From the NCBI GenBank assembly GCA_965209155.1, contig OZ242383.1, forward strand, positions 4,194,201 through 4,258,200: 64,000 nucleotides of DNA. Reading direction: 5' to 3'. The stretch is from a bacterium (lineage in GTDB: Bacteria > SAR324 > NAC60-12). Position 1 is the first letter of the stretch, and each line of letters starts with the position of its first letter. Below are positions 1 to 9,889 of the stretch, one piece after another. Both the position numbers and the translations under genes were made by a program. The notes under the pieces are model-generated. The model had not been told where the DNA came from. It saw nothing but the letters and a program-made list of their open reading frames with translations, and did no database searches.

Positions 1-253
1 CCAGTGAGCAAGTGGCCCTGGCTCTGGAGGGCGTCTTGACCTGTTCCAAGCGGAGCGACATTCTTTGACAACACGAAACGTGTCTTTAGCCCGTCTCAAA
101 AAATTGACGGCAAAAAGGGGCATTCATTATCATTCATTTTTTATTTTTCGTGGCCTTTCTGCAAAAAAACTGCTGAACATAAAAGGAGATCAAGCTGAAC
201 ATAGCCGTCTGGCGGGAGACCAGTTTTTGCCCGAGCCTCCCCAACGGCTATAT

Positions 254-1378
254 TCAGATCGACATGTCTTTCAGGTTGTAGTTTTTCAAAAGGTGCTCGC
301 GTGTGAAATCGTTCCAGCGGAGAGTATCCGGTTCATCGGCCAATGGCTGATAATGGTAGCGCGGTTCATGGGGAAATCGCTGGTGACGGGCATCAATAGC
401 CAGGGCGATGATGCGGGAACGTTCATGGATCCTCGCTTCGTCGTAGGGCTCGTCCGAAGCCCAACCCAATCCACTTTCTTTTTGGGCACCCCATCCCTTC
501 ACGCCCAGGAGGGATGCCCGGCGGTGAAAGCCAAACTGGTACGTCGCCCGCATAGCCGGTGAGATGTTGGGAAAAGAGCCATGCAACACCTGGCGGTTCA
601 TGATCACCACATCGCCCGGTTGAGACAGCATCGGGACGGCTTGCGGGAGACGGTCCGAACCCCCATTGGATTGGATCAGGGCGGCGATATCGAGCTTACC
701 CTGCAAGTGTGTCCCGGGAACCACCCACAACGCATTCATCGGATTGGTAGGGTATAGCTGGGCAAAAAAGTTGAAACCGTGGGTGCCCCGATCCAACGCA
801 GGGTTGTCCCAATGGGTTGTGCCATCCTGATGCCACGCCACCGAGGCGCCTAAGCCGGCGTGCTTGACCCAGATGGTTTCATTGAACGTTGCGAAATCAG
901 GTCCGTTGATTTGCTCCACAACCGACAAGAGTTGGGGATGAGCATAGAGCCGCAGACAAGAATCCATCAGCTGCAAAACGCCAATGATTTGTAGTACGAT
1001 TTCCCCTGGAGCGTCGGCAGGCGCTTCGAATTCCGTCATCTTCCCTCCGTATCGCCACGTGCCGCCATAGGGATCGCTTAAGGGTTTGGCGAATTTAAAG
1101 CTCGGTTTCTCAAATTCAGCACCGATCGCAGGCCGCCCTGCTGCATCGGTCGAGGCCTTACTCGATGTCGGGGCGCGTGTCATCAGGTGCTCGAATTCTG
1201 CAATCAGTTCGTCGATTTCCTCACCCTGAACTACCCCTTCGAAGACATAAAAACCCGTGCGCCAGTATGCCTCCGAAATGTCCTTTCGCAACATGCCCAT
1301 GGCATCAAATTTGATGGGACCCCGGTTGCCCAGTTCGTAAGCACGCTGTTCTCCCCCTGCAAAATAATCATCTGTCAT
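254..1378 (-). CDS. Phytanoyl-CoA dioxygenase (PhyH)-like Fe(II)/2-oxoglutarate oxygenase family protein
   Basis: 374-aa ORF; His-x-Asp type iron-binding region (VAWHQDGTTHWD) and overall PhyH-like composition; antisense ORF 65..562 judged a shadow. Confidence 0.6.
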   Translation of the reverse strand: MTDDYFAGGEQRAYELGNRGPIKFDAMGMLRKDISEAYWRTGFYVFEGVVQGEEIDELIAEFEHLMTRAPTSSKASTDAAGRPAIGAEFEKPSFKFAKPLSDPYGGTWRYGGKMTEFEAPADAPGEIVLQIIGVLQLMDSCLRLYAHPQLLSVVEQINGPDFATFNETIWVKHAGLGASVAWHQDGTTHWDNPALDRGTHGFNFFAQLYPTNPMNALWVVPGTHLQGKLDIAALIQSNGGSDRLPQAVPMLSQPGDVVIMNRQVLHGSFPNISPAMRATYQFGFHRRASLLGVKGWGAQKESGLGWASDEPYDEARIHERSRIIALAIDARHQRFPHEPRYHYQPLADEPDTLRWNDFTREHLLKNYNLKDMSI

Positions 1379-1430
1379 TCGTGTTCCTTCTGTCTGATAG
1401 GTGTTCGAGATTTTAGTTTAACATCGATAA

Positions 1431-1743
1431 GTCATCACCACCGGCAGAGCCGGTGGCTTGAAGAGGCCCCCAGTATGAGGGCAAAGCGTGTTCGTCATCG
1501 TAAGACGTGCTCGTGCTCGTGAACGAAAAAGGCTGCCATGTTAGATCATGAAAAACTCGATGTATACCAATGTTCCATCGAATTTTTAGCATTATCGGTC
1601 CATGTCATCGAAACAAATGTGCCGACGATCTCAATGACCGAGCACGAGCACTGCTAACGGACACGGATACGTTTCTCATGTCTGACCGGCAAAGCCAATT
1701 AGGTTCGCACCAGCAGAGCTGGTGGTTTAATGAGATTAATTAT
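1431..1743 (+). mobile_element. Degenerate copy of IVS-like four-helix-bundle cassette (internal deletion of ~250 bp)
   Basis: Same terminal sequences as the cassettes at 47244-47810 and 63080-63645 (palindromic CCACCGGCAGAGCCGGTGG end, GTGCTCGTGCTCGTGAACG stem arms, ACCAGCAGAGCTGGTGG end) but only the first ~25 codons of the ORF are retained. Confidence 0.6.
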
Positions 1744-1815
1744 GCATATCGATGAAATTTATAAATGATTCTTATTATACATTAACGCTCGCGGTAGTTT
1801 AATATGCCGAGGAGA

Positions 1816-2754
1816 TCAAGTCGGTGCGAGCGCTTCCAGGGTGTGTTGAATGTCGGGCGGGAGCGGTCCGGCCTGGGCGGCCACGACGCTCTCCTCAATC
1901 TCATCGGGTGTGGATGCGCCTACCAGGATGGTCGCAATCTCCCGATTAGCCATCAAGAAGCGCACACTCATCGCCGCAATCGAAAGACCCGTGGCCCGGG
2001 CCAACTCGAGGAGGCGCGCATCTTGGAAGAGTGCTCCGTTGAAGACACCTTTGCCCGGAACGCAAAAAATGCCGCCAATCACGTAAGCTATTCCCTGTTC
2101 ACGAATGACCGGGAGCATCACACGCGGAGAAGTACGGTCCCTCAACGAATACTCATTGGCAGACAGACACATGTCGAGTTTGACCCGCTGCAACACATGA
2201 GCCAGGGGCTCCGAGCGGTTGGTACTGAGCCCCAGGTAGCGGCAAAACCCCTGGGCCTTTGCCTCATGCAGGGCTTGCATCACCGGCGCATTCTCGTAGT
2301 CGAACGACTCCTCGATCTCCAGCTGCTCCCCTTCTTTCGCCTCTGGCTTCCAGAATCGTCTCTGCTCCATATCGTGGCCCAGGAGCACGTCGACCCGGTC
2401 ACGACGCAGGACACGGAGGTTGTCTCGTACATGCGCGAGACAATCTTCTACCGTATGATTGGAGGCCCGCCAGGCATTGATCTTCGTGGCCAGTAGATGC
2501 GGCTTGCTCGTCCCCTTGAGCCCCTCACCCACAATTCGCTGCGACTCACCCTGGCTGATCCATTTCCCATCAGAACCCCCGATGCCGTACCCAGGAGAGG
2601 TATCAAAATAGCTGATCCCCAGATCCAGCGCATGTTTGACGGTGGCCAGCCCATGCTGATAGCTGTGCTTATGGAGCGCGGCGCCACCCAGCCCGATGAG
2701 GCTGACCGTCTCCCCTGTACGCCCGAAGGGGCGTTGTTCCAGTGTCCCTGTCAT
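1816..2754 (-). CDS. Aldo/keto reductase family oxidoreductase
   Basis: ORF 1816..3042 trimmed to the internal ATG at 2754 (AGGA SD upstream; avoids overlap with the upstream gene); AKR-like N-terminus MTGTLEQRPFGRTGETVSLIGLGG. Confidence 0.7.
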   Translation of the reverse strand: MTGTLEQRPFGRTGETVSLIGLGGAALHKHSYQHGLATVKHALDLGISYFDTSPGYGIGGSDGKWISQGESQRIVGEGLKGTSKPHLLATKINAWRASNHTVEDCLAHVRDNLRVLRRDRVDVLLGHDMEQRRFWKPEAKEGEQLEIEESFDYENAPVMQALHEAKAQGFCRYLGLSTNRSEPLAHVLQRVKLDMCLSANEYSLRDRTSPRVMLPVIREQGIAYVIGGIFCVPGKGVFNGALFQDARLLELARATGLSIAAMSVRFLMANREIATILVGASTPDEIEESVVAAQAGPLPPDIQHTLEALAPT

Positions 2755-2764
2755 AGAAAGTCCT

Positions 2765-3220
2765 CTAATGGGTTTCGTCCAGTCTCTCGTACATCTGATA
2801 GACGCTGGAGGGGAAGACGACGATCTGGTTCCCGTCCGGGTCCCTGAACCAGCGAGCTGGATTAGTCGGGTGCGCCGAATGGACTTCGATGCCTTTACTC
2901 TCGAGATAGGCAATCGCTTCGTCCATGTCGTCAACTTCAAGCGCGAGAAGCCGAAAGCCGGTCTGCTCCAGGGCAGGTTCCTTGTAATCGGGATTGGCCG
3001 GTGCATCCGGGTCGATCGAAAACAGCTCGACGATCGAGCCATCTTCCCCGGCCTTCGGGGCGTTGAGTGAAAGGTTGGCCACCTCTTTCAACCGCTCCAT
3101 GCCTTTCACCGTCCACCGCTCCCGGACTTCAAAGCCGAGGATTCCGCAGTAGAAATCGAGGAATCTTTCGGAATCGGCCGTTGCTAATCCGATGTGATCC
3201 AATCGTTTGAACTTGAACAT
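2765..3220 (-). CDS. VOC (glyoxalase/bleomycin resistance/dioxygenase) family protein
   Basis: 151-aa ORF with typical VOC N-terminus (RLDHIGLATADSERFLDFY) and matching size. Confidence 0.6.
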   Translation of the reverse strand: MFKFKRLDHIGLATADSERFLDFYCGILGFEVRERWTVKGMERLKEVANLSLNAPKAGEDGSIVELFSIDPDAPANPDYKEPALEQTGFRLLALEVDDMDEAIAYLESKGIEVHSAHPTNPARWFRDPDGNQIVVFPSSVYQMYERLDETH

Positions 3221-3355
3221 TGCTCACCTCTTAAATATGATACTTTACATGACTTTCGGCTCAATAAATATTCGCGAAATTGAAATAAAACCCTCAGCCA
3301 AAAGCGATTTCTTGAAATCTATCAAAAAAGAAAAAGAAAAACCAGCAGAAATTCT

Positions 3356-4291
3356 TTAATATTTGAAAGGATTGATCAGCCGGGCGAGGAGGCCTCGTTT
3401 GCGTTTCCTGGCGCCATAACTACCTTGACCGCCCCGCATCCGGGGATCGAGCAGATCCCTGAGGGCGTCGCCGAACATGTTGAGGGAGTAAACGACAATC
3501 GTCAGACAAAGCCCCGGCCAGAGCGCTAACCAAGGCGCCGCCTCCATGTATTTGCGCCCTTCCCGACTGAGCATCCCTCCCCAGCTGGGAAAGTCGACGG
3601 GCAGACCGAATCCGAGGAAGCTCAGCGACGCTTCAGACATAATCACCCCCCCGATGTTGATGGAGAAGATGATGATGAGGGGCGCCATAATATTGGGAAG
3701 CACATGGTGGACCAGGATTTGGGCTGTGGGGGTGCCCACGGCTTTGGCTGCCAGAAAATAGTCATTCTCTTTGATGTCAATCACGGCGCCTCTGACGACT
3801 CTTGAGCTGACGATGCCGCCGGCAATCCCCAGGACGACGATGATCTGGAAGACACCCCGTCCCACGATGGACATGATCGTCAACAACAGCAGCAGTCCCG
3901 GAAAAGCCATCCAGGCATCGACAAAGCGCTGCACCACCAGGTCCCATTTCCCTCCCAGAAATCCGGAAATGCCGCCGATCAGAACAGCGACCACAAGATT
4001 AAGCGTGGTCGCTGCCAGACCGACCGTTAACGAAAGACGAGCCCCGTGGATCAGGCGGCTCAATAAGTCTCGCCCCACGTAGTCGGTCCCCAGCAGATAC
4101 CGGGCTGATGAGCCCTGCATCCTGTCTACCAGGTGTATTTCCATATAGCGATAAGGAGCCAGAGCATCGGCGAAGATCGCCACCAGAATCAAGATCAATA
4201 TGATCATCCCGCAGGCAGTCCCCAAGGGCTTCTCCCTGACCAGCCTGATAAAGAATGCAGCCAGCCGGACCCGTCGCTTGGGTTCACTCAT
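3356..4291 (-). CDS. ABC transporter permease (DppC/OppC-like)
   Basis: 311 aa, multiple hydrophobic helices, permease-type conserved loop region; 8-nt overlap with upstream permease gene. Confidence 0.75.
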   Translation of the reverse strand: MSEPKRRVRLAAFFIRLVREKPLGTACGMIILILILVAIFADALAPYRYMEIHLVDRMQGSSARYLLGTDYVGRDLLSRLIHGARLSLTVGLAATTLNLVVAVLIGGISGFLGGKWDLVVQRFVDAWMAFPGLLLLLTIMSIVGRGVFQIIVVLGIAGGIVSSRVVRGAVIDIKENDYFLAAKAVGTPTAQILVHHVLPNIMAPLIIIFSINIGGVIMSEASLSFLGFGLPVDFPSWGGMLSREGRKYMEAAPWLALWPGLCLTIVVYSLNMFGDALRDLLDPRMRGGQGSYGARKRKRGLLARLINPFKY

Positions 4292-5240
4292 ACCGCACCC
4301 TGGGGTCCAAATAGGGATAAATCAAGTCGATCAGGAGATTGAACCCCACCACTCCGGTGGCGAAAAACAGGTTCACTCCGGAGACCACCGGGTAGTCTCT
4401 GACTTCGAGGGCATCCAGCAAGAGGCGACCGATCCCCGGCAGGTTAAAGATGTTCTCCATGATCACGGAGCCACCTACCAGGATCGGCAACTGCAGGCCG
4501 ACCAGGGTGACGACCGGGATGAGGGCATTTTTGATGGTGTGCCGGATAATCACGATCCGCTCCCGGAGTCCCTTGGACCAGGCGGTGCGGATATAGTCCT
4601 GCCTTAAGACCTCCAGCATCATGGTGCGCGTCATCCGCATGGTGGCAGCCGCCGAGGCCGTCCCCAGAATCAGGCTGGGAATGAGGAACATGCCGAGATT
4701 CCCCAGCGGGTCTTCGGTGAACGAAACCAGCTCCATCGAGGGCGACCAACCCCACCAGATGGCCGGGTAGATCATGACCATGAGGGCGAGCCAGAAGTTA
4801 GGAGTTGCCAGGCCGATGATGGCGATGGAGCGCCCCAGGTAGTCCGCGGCCGTATCCTGGCGGATTGCCGAGTAGATGCCGACGGGCAGCGCGATCACGA
4901 GCCCAATGAGGATGGCCAGGACGCCCAGCTCCAGGGTGACGGGCAAACGATCGAAGAGCCGCTCCTCGATCCGCCAACTCCCCACCAGGGATTCACCCAG
5001 GGTGCCGCGCAGGAGGATGCCGCCGATCCAGCGTCCATACTGCACGTAGACAGGCACGTCTAATCCCAGCATATGCTCCAGCACTTCACGGTCAATCTTG
5101 CCGGCTTGTCCTTCAGCCCTTAGCACCATTACGTCTAGTACATCGCCGGGGATGAAGCGGACCGAGAGAAAGACCAGGATGCTCAGGATGAACAGGGTGG
5201 GGAGGATCAGCAATAACCGCCTGATGATATAGGCATTCAT
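4284..5240 (-). CDS. ABC transporter permease (DppB/OppB-like)
   Basis: ORF 4284..5321 trimmed to ATG at 5240 (N-terminus MNAYIIRRLLLILPTLF typical of DppB; GAGG SD upstream). Confidence 0.75.
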   Translation of the reverse strand: MNAYIIRRLLLILPTLFILSILVFLSVRFIPGDVLDVMVLRAEGQAGKIDREVLEHMLGLDVPVYVQYGRWIGGILLRGTLGESLVGSWRIEERLFDRLPVTLELGVLAILIGLVIALPVGIYSAIRQDTAADYLGRSIAIIGLATPNFWLALMVMIYPAIWWGWSPSMELVSFTEDPLGNLGMFLIPSLILGTASAAATMRMTRTMMLEVLRQDYIRTAWSKGLRERIVIIRHTIKNALIPVVTLVGLQLPILVGGSVIMENIFNLPGIGRLLLDALEVRDYPVVSGVNLFFATGVVGFNLLIDLIYPYLDPRVRYE

Positions 5241-5341
5241 GGGACGGACCTCATCATTTTTGAAATTGGTGTGGAAACGCGGGGTATCCTGGAGTGGAGT
5301 GGGCAGTACTGCCCGCTCCACAAGTGCTTCCAGTCGGCCTA

Positions 5342-7177
5342 TTACTGGGTTCTGTCCTTCAGCTCCTGGTCAATCCAAAGGCGGGCGAGAACTTCACGTT
5401 CGCCGAACTCTTCCAGTCTCATTTCACCGCTAAAACCTTTGACCCACGGCTGGTTCGCTATAAAAATTGGAGACATAGGACCCCATATCTGATTGTGCTG
5501 CTTTAGAATGAGCATATCCCACTCTTTGTATGCCCTCAGCTGCTCCTCATGGGTGGTAGCGGCGTAAAAGGCGTCATAGGCGGCGGTCAGCTCGGGGGTC
5601 TCGACTCCCCCCACGTTGTCGCGCCATATCTGCAGCCTCTGGCGATAATTAGCTACCCAAACTACAGGGTCACTATACATGCCCCCGTCGCCATCGCTTA
5701 TGTCCCACTGAATTAGGTCTTCTTGAGGGACATCCTCGGTACGCTCGCCCACACCCCTGCGATCGAACGCCCAACCTTGCGTGTCATATATCTCAATCTT
5801 TACCTCAACGCCAATCGCCTCCCAGTAGCCGACAGCTATTTCTCGATAGCCCAAATCATATATGTCGCGGTGGTCGAGGTCGACCTTGAATCGAACACCG
5901 TCCGCGCCCCGCGGATATCCAGCTTCATCGAGCAGCTTTTCGGCACCTTCCGGGTCATAAGCATAGTATTGCTTGAGATCTTCGGGAAAGTCTTCAAATG
6001 TGTTGACATATGGCTTGCTGGCAATCCCCCCCATAGGTTCCCACCTTGCAAGCCCGCCGTAGTAGGTATCGTTAATCGTCTCGAGGTCCAGTGCCATCTG
6101 CATTGCGTGGCGCACCCTGATGTCGTCAAAGGGTGGCTTTTTAATGTTCAGACTAAAGGTGGAGTCGGACCGCAGGAAATTGCTGCTCACTTGGATATCG
6201 GGGTTGGTACGCTGGAGGCTCCTTACCACGTCGAGGTTCCTTATATGAGTGCCCTGGCTATTGAATATGTCAACCTTGCCCGTGCGTAGTGCCGAGATAC
6301 GTGTTGCTTCTTCTTCCATGTGCAGGGCCCTCATCTGGTCAATATAGGGGAGGCGGTTCTCCGGGTACTTTTCGTCGTAGCGCCAGTAGTCAGGATTCTT
6401 TTCCCAGGTGATAGAGACGCCCTCGACATAGTCAGTCAGTATAAGGGGCCCGGTGCCGACCACGTTCTTCCAATCCTCATAGTTGCCGTATTTCTCGATT
6501 ACTTCGGGGGGTAATATCCACTGCATAGCATCGATGAGGATAGCCCTTAGCGCAATGAGGGATGGCTCCGTCATCTTCATAACAACCCTATATTTGTCGG
6601 TGGCCTCGATCGATTCCCACGGCAGGTCGATCGTTTTGGCAGGGATCTGGGGACGTTCGGTAAAGTCGCCCAGAGCGTTATGACGCTGCCAGCTATATAC
6701 GACATCATCGGCTGTGAGTTCCCGCCCGTTTACTAAGCGGCTGGCCTCACTGTCTGGATCAAGGGCGTAGTGTACTCCCGAGCGGATGTGGAAGATGTAA
6801 GTCAGTGGGTCAGGCATTTCCCAACTTTCCGCCAGGCTCCCTGTTATGGCAAAATCAGGGACGTAGGAGTCTCTAAAGTCATATACCTCCCTATCTACTC
6901 CCCAGTCCCCCCAGGCGAGACGCTCATTAACCTGGGCGATTTGGTAGCCCGCATTGACCCAGCTTTTTAGCGGGTCAGTAGTCTCCCCTACAAATACGTA
7001 GGGATAGGTCAATGTCCCGCCGTATTCTGGTGCGGTCACGACCTTACCCGTGCTCGGGTCGGTCACATATTTCTGGGCGGCAGCCGGGCTGACCCAAAAA
7101 GCGGCCACCATCAGGGTGAGGGTTATCATGAATAATGATTTGAATGATCGGATTGTACTGGTTTTTATAGTTTTCAT
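5342..7177 (-). CDS. ABC transporter substrate-binding protein, family 5 (peptide/nickel type)
   Basis: 611 aa with N-terminal signal peptide (MKTIKTSTIRSFKSLFMITLTLMVAAFWVSPAAA) and SBP family 5 length/composition; heads the SBP-permease-permease operon. Confidence 0.75.
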   Translation of the reverse strand: MKTIKTSTIRSFKSLFMITLTLMVAAFWVSPAAAQKYVTDPSTGKVVTAPEYGGTLTYPYVFVGETTDPLKSWVNAGYQIAQVNERLAWGDWGVDREVYDFRDSYVPDFAITGSLAESWEMPDPLTYIFHIRSGVHYALDPDSEASRLVNGRELTADDVVYSWQRHNALGDFTERPQIPAKTIDLPWESIEATDKYRVVMKMTEPSLIALRAILIDAMQWILPPEVIEKYGNYEDWKNVVGTGPLILTDYVEGVSITWEKNPDYWRYDEKYPENRLPYIDQMRALHMEEEATRISALRTGKVDIFNSQGTHIRNLDVVRSLQRTNPDIQVSSNFLRSDSTFSLNIKKPPFDDIRVRHAMQMALDLETINDTYYGGLARWEPMGGIASKPYVNTFEDFPEDLKQYYAYDPEGAEKLLDEAGYPRGADGVRFKVDLDHRDIYDLGYREIAVGYWEAIGVEVKIEIYDTQGWAFDRRGVGERTEDVPQEDLIQWDISDGDGGMYSDPVVWVANYRQRLQIWRDNVGGVETPELTAAYDAFYAATTHEEQLRAYKEWDMLILKQHNQIWGPMSPIFIANQPWVKGFSGEMRLEEFGEREVLARLWIDQELKDRTQ

Positions 7178-7205
7178 ATTACCTTTTCTTTCTATTTGTT
7201 TTTGT

Positions 7206-7417
7206 GTAACTATTCAGGTCTCTGAAAAACCCGTTCAGTTAAATATCATTAAAAAGATTCCCGGAGAGGAACGATCGTTTTCAAATCCTCCCACGATATT
7301 GTTCCATTGATCGGGAACCCTCTCTTTCACTAAAACAACTCAGTGAAGGCATGAGTTTAGCACTACTACTACTTGCGCAATGTCAACCCCATATTAAAAA
7401 AAAATGCAGGATTCGTA
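7206..7417. repeat. Left copy of ~212-bp imperfect inverted repeat bounding the 7.2-14.3 kb accessory block
   Basis: Reverse complement of 14068-14282 aligns over ~212 bp at roughly 88-90% identity (begins GTAACTATTCAGGTCTCTGAAAAACCCGTTCAGTTAAATATCATTAAAAAGATTCCCGGAGAGG); outer end is ~29 nt upstream of the SBP start codon. Confidence 0.8.
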
Positions 7418-7660
7418 AAAAAAATGAAAAATCTATCAGTCAGGGAGATCCACGTTCTAAGCGCTCTTGCTTCCATGGCTCTCGTTCTTTTTCAAAGAGT
7501 GGACTGGCTTCTTGAAGAGCCTCGAGGTGGGGAATCGTGGTGAGAAAAGTTGATTTTCTCTGATGTCTGCGACTAATGACCTGGAAAAAGAGGCTGCTTC
7601 CTTGTTGATCCAGGACTTTGTATTTCCCGAGAGACGGAATCATCCGCCTGGCGAATCCTT

Positions 7661-8920
7661 CTAGACATCTTCATCCTTCTCAGTTTCCTGCTCCGATTCA
7701 GGAACTTCTTCATAGCTGACTCTGAATTCGGTTCCCTCTGTTTCGGGGTGTGAATTGGGGTACAAACGCAACAGGTCCCATTCATTTATCGACGCTCGGA
7801 CCTTGTATCTCATCCTGTTTCGATATCCCGCCCCACCTACCATGCTCTTTAATGGTGGGGCTTCCCATCCATAGGCAACGCTGTAGATTTCCCGAAGTTT
7901 TTCGACGGTCGCTTTCACGTCTTCTGCGGTCGGGGGTTCTAGTGCAATAGTCTCCTGCTCAAGGCTCCGCATACCCACTTCAGCTCTGTCCGCAGCGTCA
8001 ATATTTCCACGGGAACGCAAACGGGAACCTGCCGAGTCGAGGTCCCGCTTGCCAGTTAAAATGGCTGTAGCGAAGTCGTCAGTTACCGTGCCAGCAACAA
8101 CCAGTCCTGGACATGCTTTAGCAGAAACCTCTCCCAACCAGAAGGCCAGCTCTGCATAGGAACGAGCTCTTTGAAGTGGTCCATAAGAAGCGACTAATTC
8201 GACTTCGTCTAACAAAACAACCCAACCATTGTAGCCTGCCGCCTTGATCAACTCTGTTGCGAACCGTAGCCGTAGTGGAGGTAATTCTCTCGCTTTCGGC
8301 GCTTTGAAGGGAAAATTCTGTAACTGACCTATTGCTTTGAGGCCATCTTTTACCTTAGCCATCGCAATCCGCTCTCCCGACCAGAACGCTCTGACTTCAT
8401 TAATCAGTTCAAGATCGTTTGTCCTTTCATGGAGCATCAAGGTTGCCGGGAAAACAGGGTGCAGTTGTCCACTTCGATTGGCCCACTGAAAAAAATGCGC
8501 ATAAGCATCTGTTTCCTGTTCAAGACTGAGTCCGATTTCTTCCATAAGCTGCCCGGTTCGGTCTGGTATCCGGCCGTTGTCTATCGCGGATGTGAATACC
8601 TTAGCCTGGTCATAGAGCGGCGTCTCTTTGCTGATAGCTACTCTACTACACACAAAACCCCGCTTCAACGCCAGGTGTTCCAGATAGGAAAGCAGGTGAG
8701 ACTTGCCTGTGCCAAAATCTCCGGAAACCAATATCCCCAAGGAACGGGAAGGAGGATTATCCGGATCCGTACACTTGGCCAAGAGTTCAGTGAACTGACT
8801 TACTACTTGAGACTGACCACATCCCAATCGTTTTACCGATTCCTCATTGGGCACGCCACTCCGCAGGGCTTCCAATGCCTGCCTGCAAGAAAAAGCACTT
8901 TTATCTATATCGGTACCCAT
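7661..8920 (-). CDS. P-loop NTPase of unknown function (third gene of three-gene operon)
   Basis: 419 aa; Walker A GDFGTGKSHLL and Walker B-like VVLLDEVE; acidic C-terminal tail; 16 nt downstream of the preceding ORF. Confidence 0.7.
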   Translation of the reverse strand: MGTDIDKSAFSCRQALEALRSGVPNEESVKRLGCGQSQVVSQFTELLAKCTDPDNPPSRSLGILVSGDFGTGKSHLLSYLEHLALKRGFVCSRVAISKETPLYDQAKVFTSAIDNGRIPDRTGQLMEEIGLSLEQETDAYAHFFQWANRSGQLHPVFPATLMLHERTNDLELINEVRAFWSGERIAMAKVKDGLKAIGQLQNFPFKAPKARELPPLRLRFATELIKAAGYNGWVVLLDEVELVASYGPLQRARSYAELAFWLGEVSAKACPGLVVAGTVTDDFATAILTGKRDLDSAGSRLRSRGNIDAADRAEVGMRSLEQETIALEPPTAEDVKATVEKLREIYSVAYGWEAPPLKSMVGGAGYRNRMRYKVRASINEWDLLRLYPNSHPETEGTEFRVSYEEVPESEQETEKDEDV

Positions 8921-8936
8921 ACGGATTTGTCCCTTC

Positions 8937-9887
8937 TTAAAAGAGTTGCACCAAAGGAGCTATAGGATTCACCAGATTTTTATCCCGAACATCATCCATA
9001 ACTCTTGTCATAAGGGCAGGATAAATACCAAACCCCCGGGAACGAGCATCCTGCTCAAGAAATGCGCCATCCGTCACGATCACAAGTAAAGTACTAACCA
9101 ATTGCTCAGTTCTATCGATTAATTGCCTCAAAAGTTCGTAGTGATCCGTCGTCATGCTTTTAGTGTAGTATCTGAGCCCATCTACCGGATTACGGGCAAG
9201 CGTCACACGGGAATTGTCGAGCAGAATCACGGTTCCTGCATGTCCCGTATACTGGAAATAGTAAAGTGCCGATTCAATGAAATACCTCGCTGTTTTGCGG
9301 TTGATGCTGGTGTAGATCGAAAATGGCCTGACCGCGCCAAGTTTGGCCTCTCCTGTTAGCCAATCAATCAGCGCTTGACCTTCGTAGGATTGATTTCCAC
9401 GGTTGTTCTCGTATCGGCAAAGATGAGTCATAGCAACCCTGAAATCTTTAGTCATACGATATTTTTTGGTAACTTTATTTTCTATTTGAGGTCTCAGCTC
9501 CTGCAGTACGGATTCCAACTCGAGATCATTGACTTCTCCCATAGCCTTATAAATGTTATCGGTTTGATGCGAATCAATGGAATCAACCCGATAGCCAATT
9601 TCCTTGGCCATGCGTAAGAGCAAGCGACGGGCCAATTTCCGCCAGTCAACCTGCTTGGCCATCTCGAAAAAGATGTCTTGGGGCATATGGATTCTGATAT
9701 CTGACGCATCCAGCTTGACAACGACATAATCCTGTTCCTTGCCTCGATTCTCCACTGTTTCATATAAGGTCGGTTTCAAATTTTCCGGGGTCACTGCAAA
9801 TTTTATGGACGCGCCGCCCTGCGGGATGAAAGACGATAAGTATTCGGAATCGATACGTCGCAGCCAATCATGAAGGGATAGGTTCAT
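8937..9887 (-). CDS. Hypothetical protein (second gene of three-gene operon)
   Basis: 316-aa ORF with GGAGG SD ~10 nt upstream; start codon 2 nt from the stop of the upstream ORF; no motif assignable by eye. Confidence 0.6.
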   Translation of the reverse strand: MNLSLHDWLRRIDSEYLSSFIPQGGASIKFAVTPENLKPTLYETVENRGKEQDYVVVKLDASDIRIHMPQDIFFEMAKQVDWRKLARRLLLRMAKEIGYRVDSIDSHQTDNIYKAMGEVNDLELESVLQELRPQIENKVTKKYRMTKDFRVAMTHLCRYENNRGNQSYEGQALIDWLTGEAKLGAVRPFSIYTSINRKTARYFIESALYYFQYTGHAGTVILLDNSRVTLARNPVDGLRYYTKSMTTDHYELLRQLIDRTEQLVSTLLVIVTDGAFLEQDARSRGFGIYPALMTRVMDDVRDKNLVNPIAPLVQLF

Positions 9888-9889
9888 TA

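Noticed and set aside
65-562. 165-aa plus-strand ORF at the left edge
   Set aside because: Lies antisense within the PhyH-like gene (254..1378), has no recognisable features and poor composition; treated as a shadow ORF.
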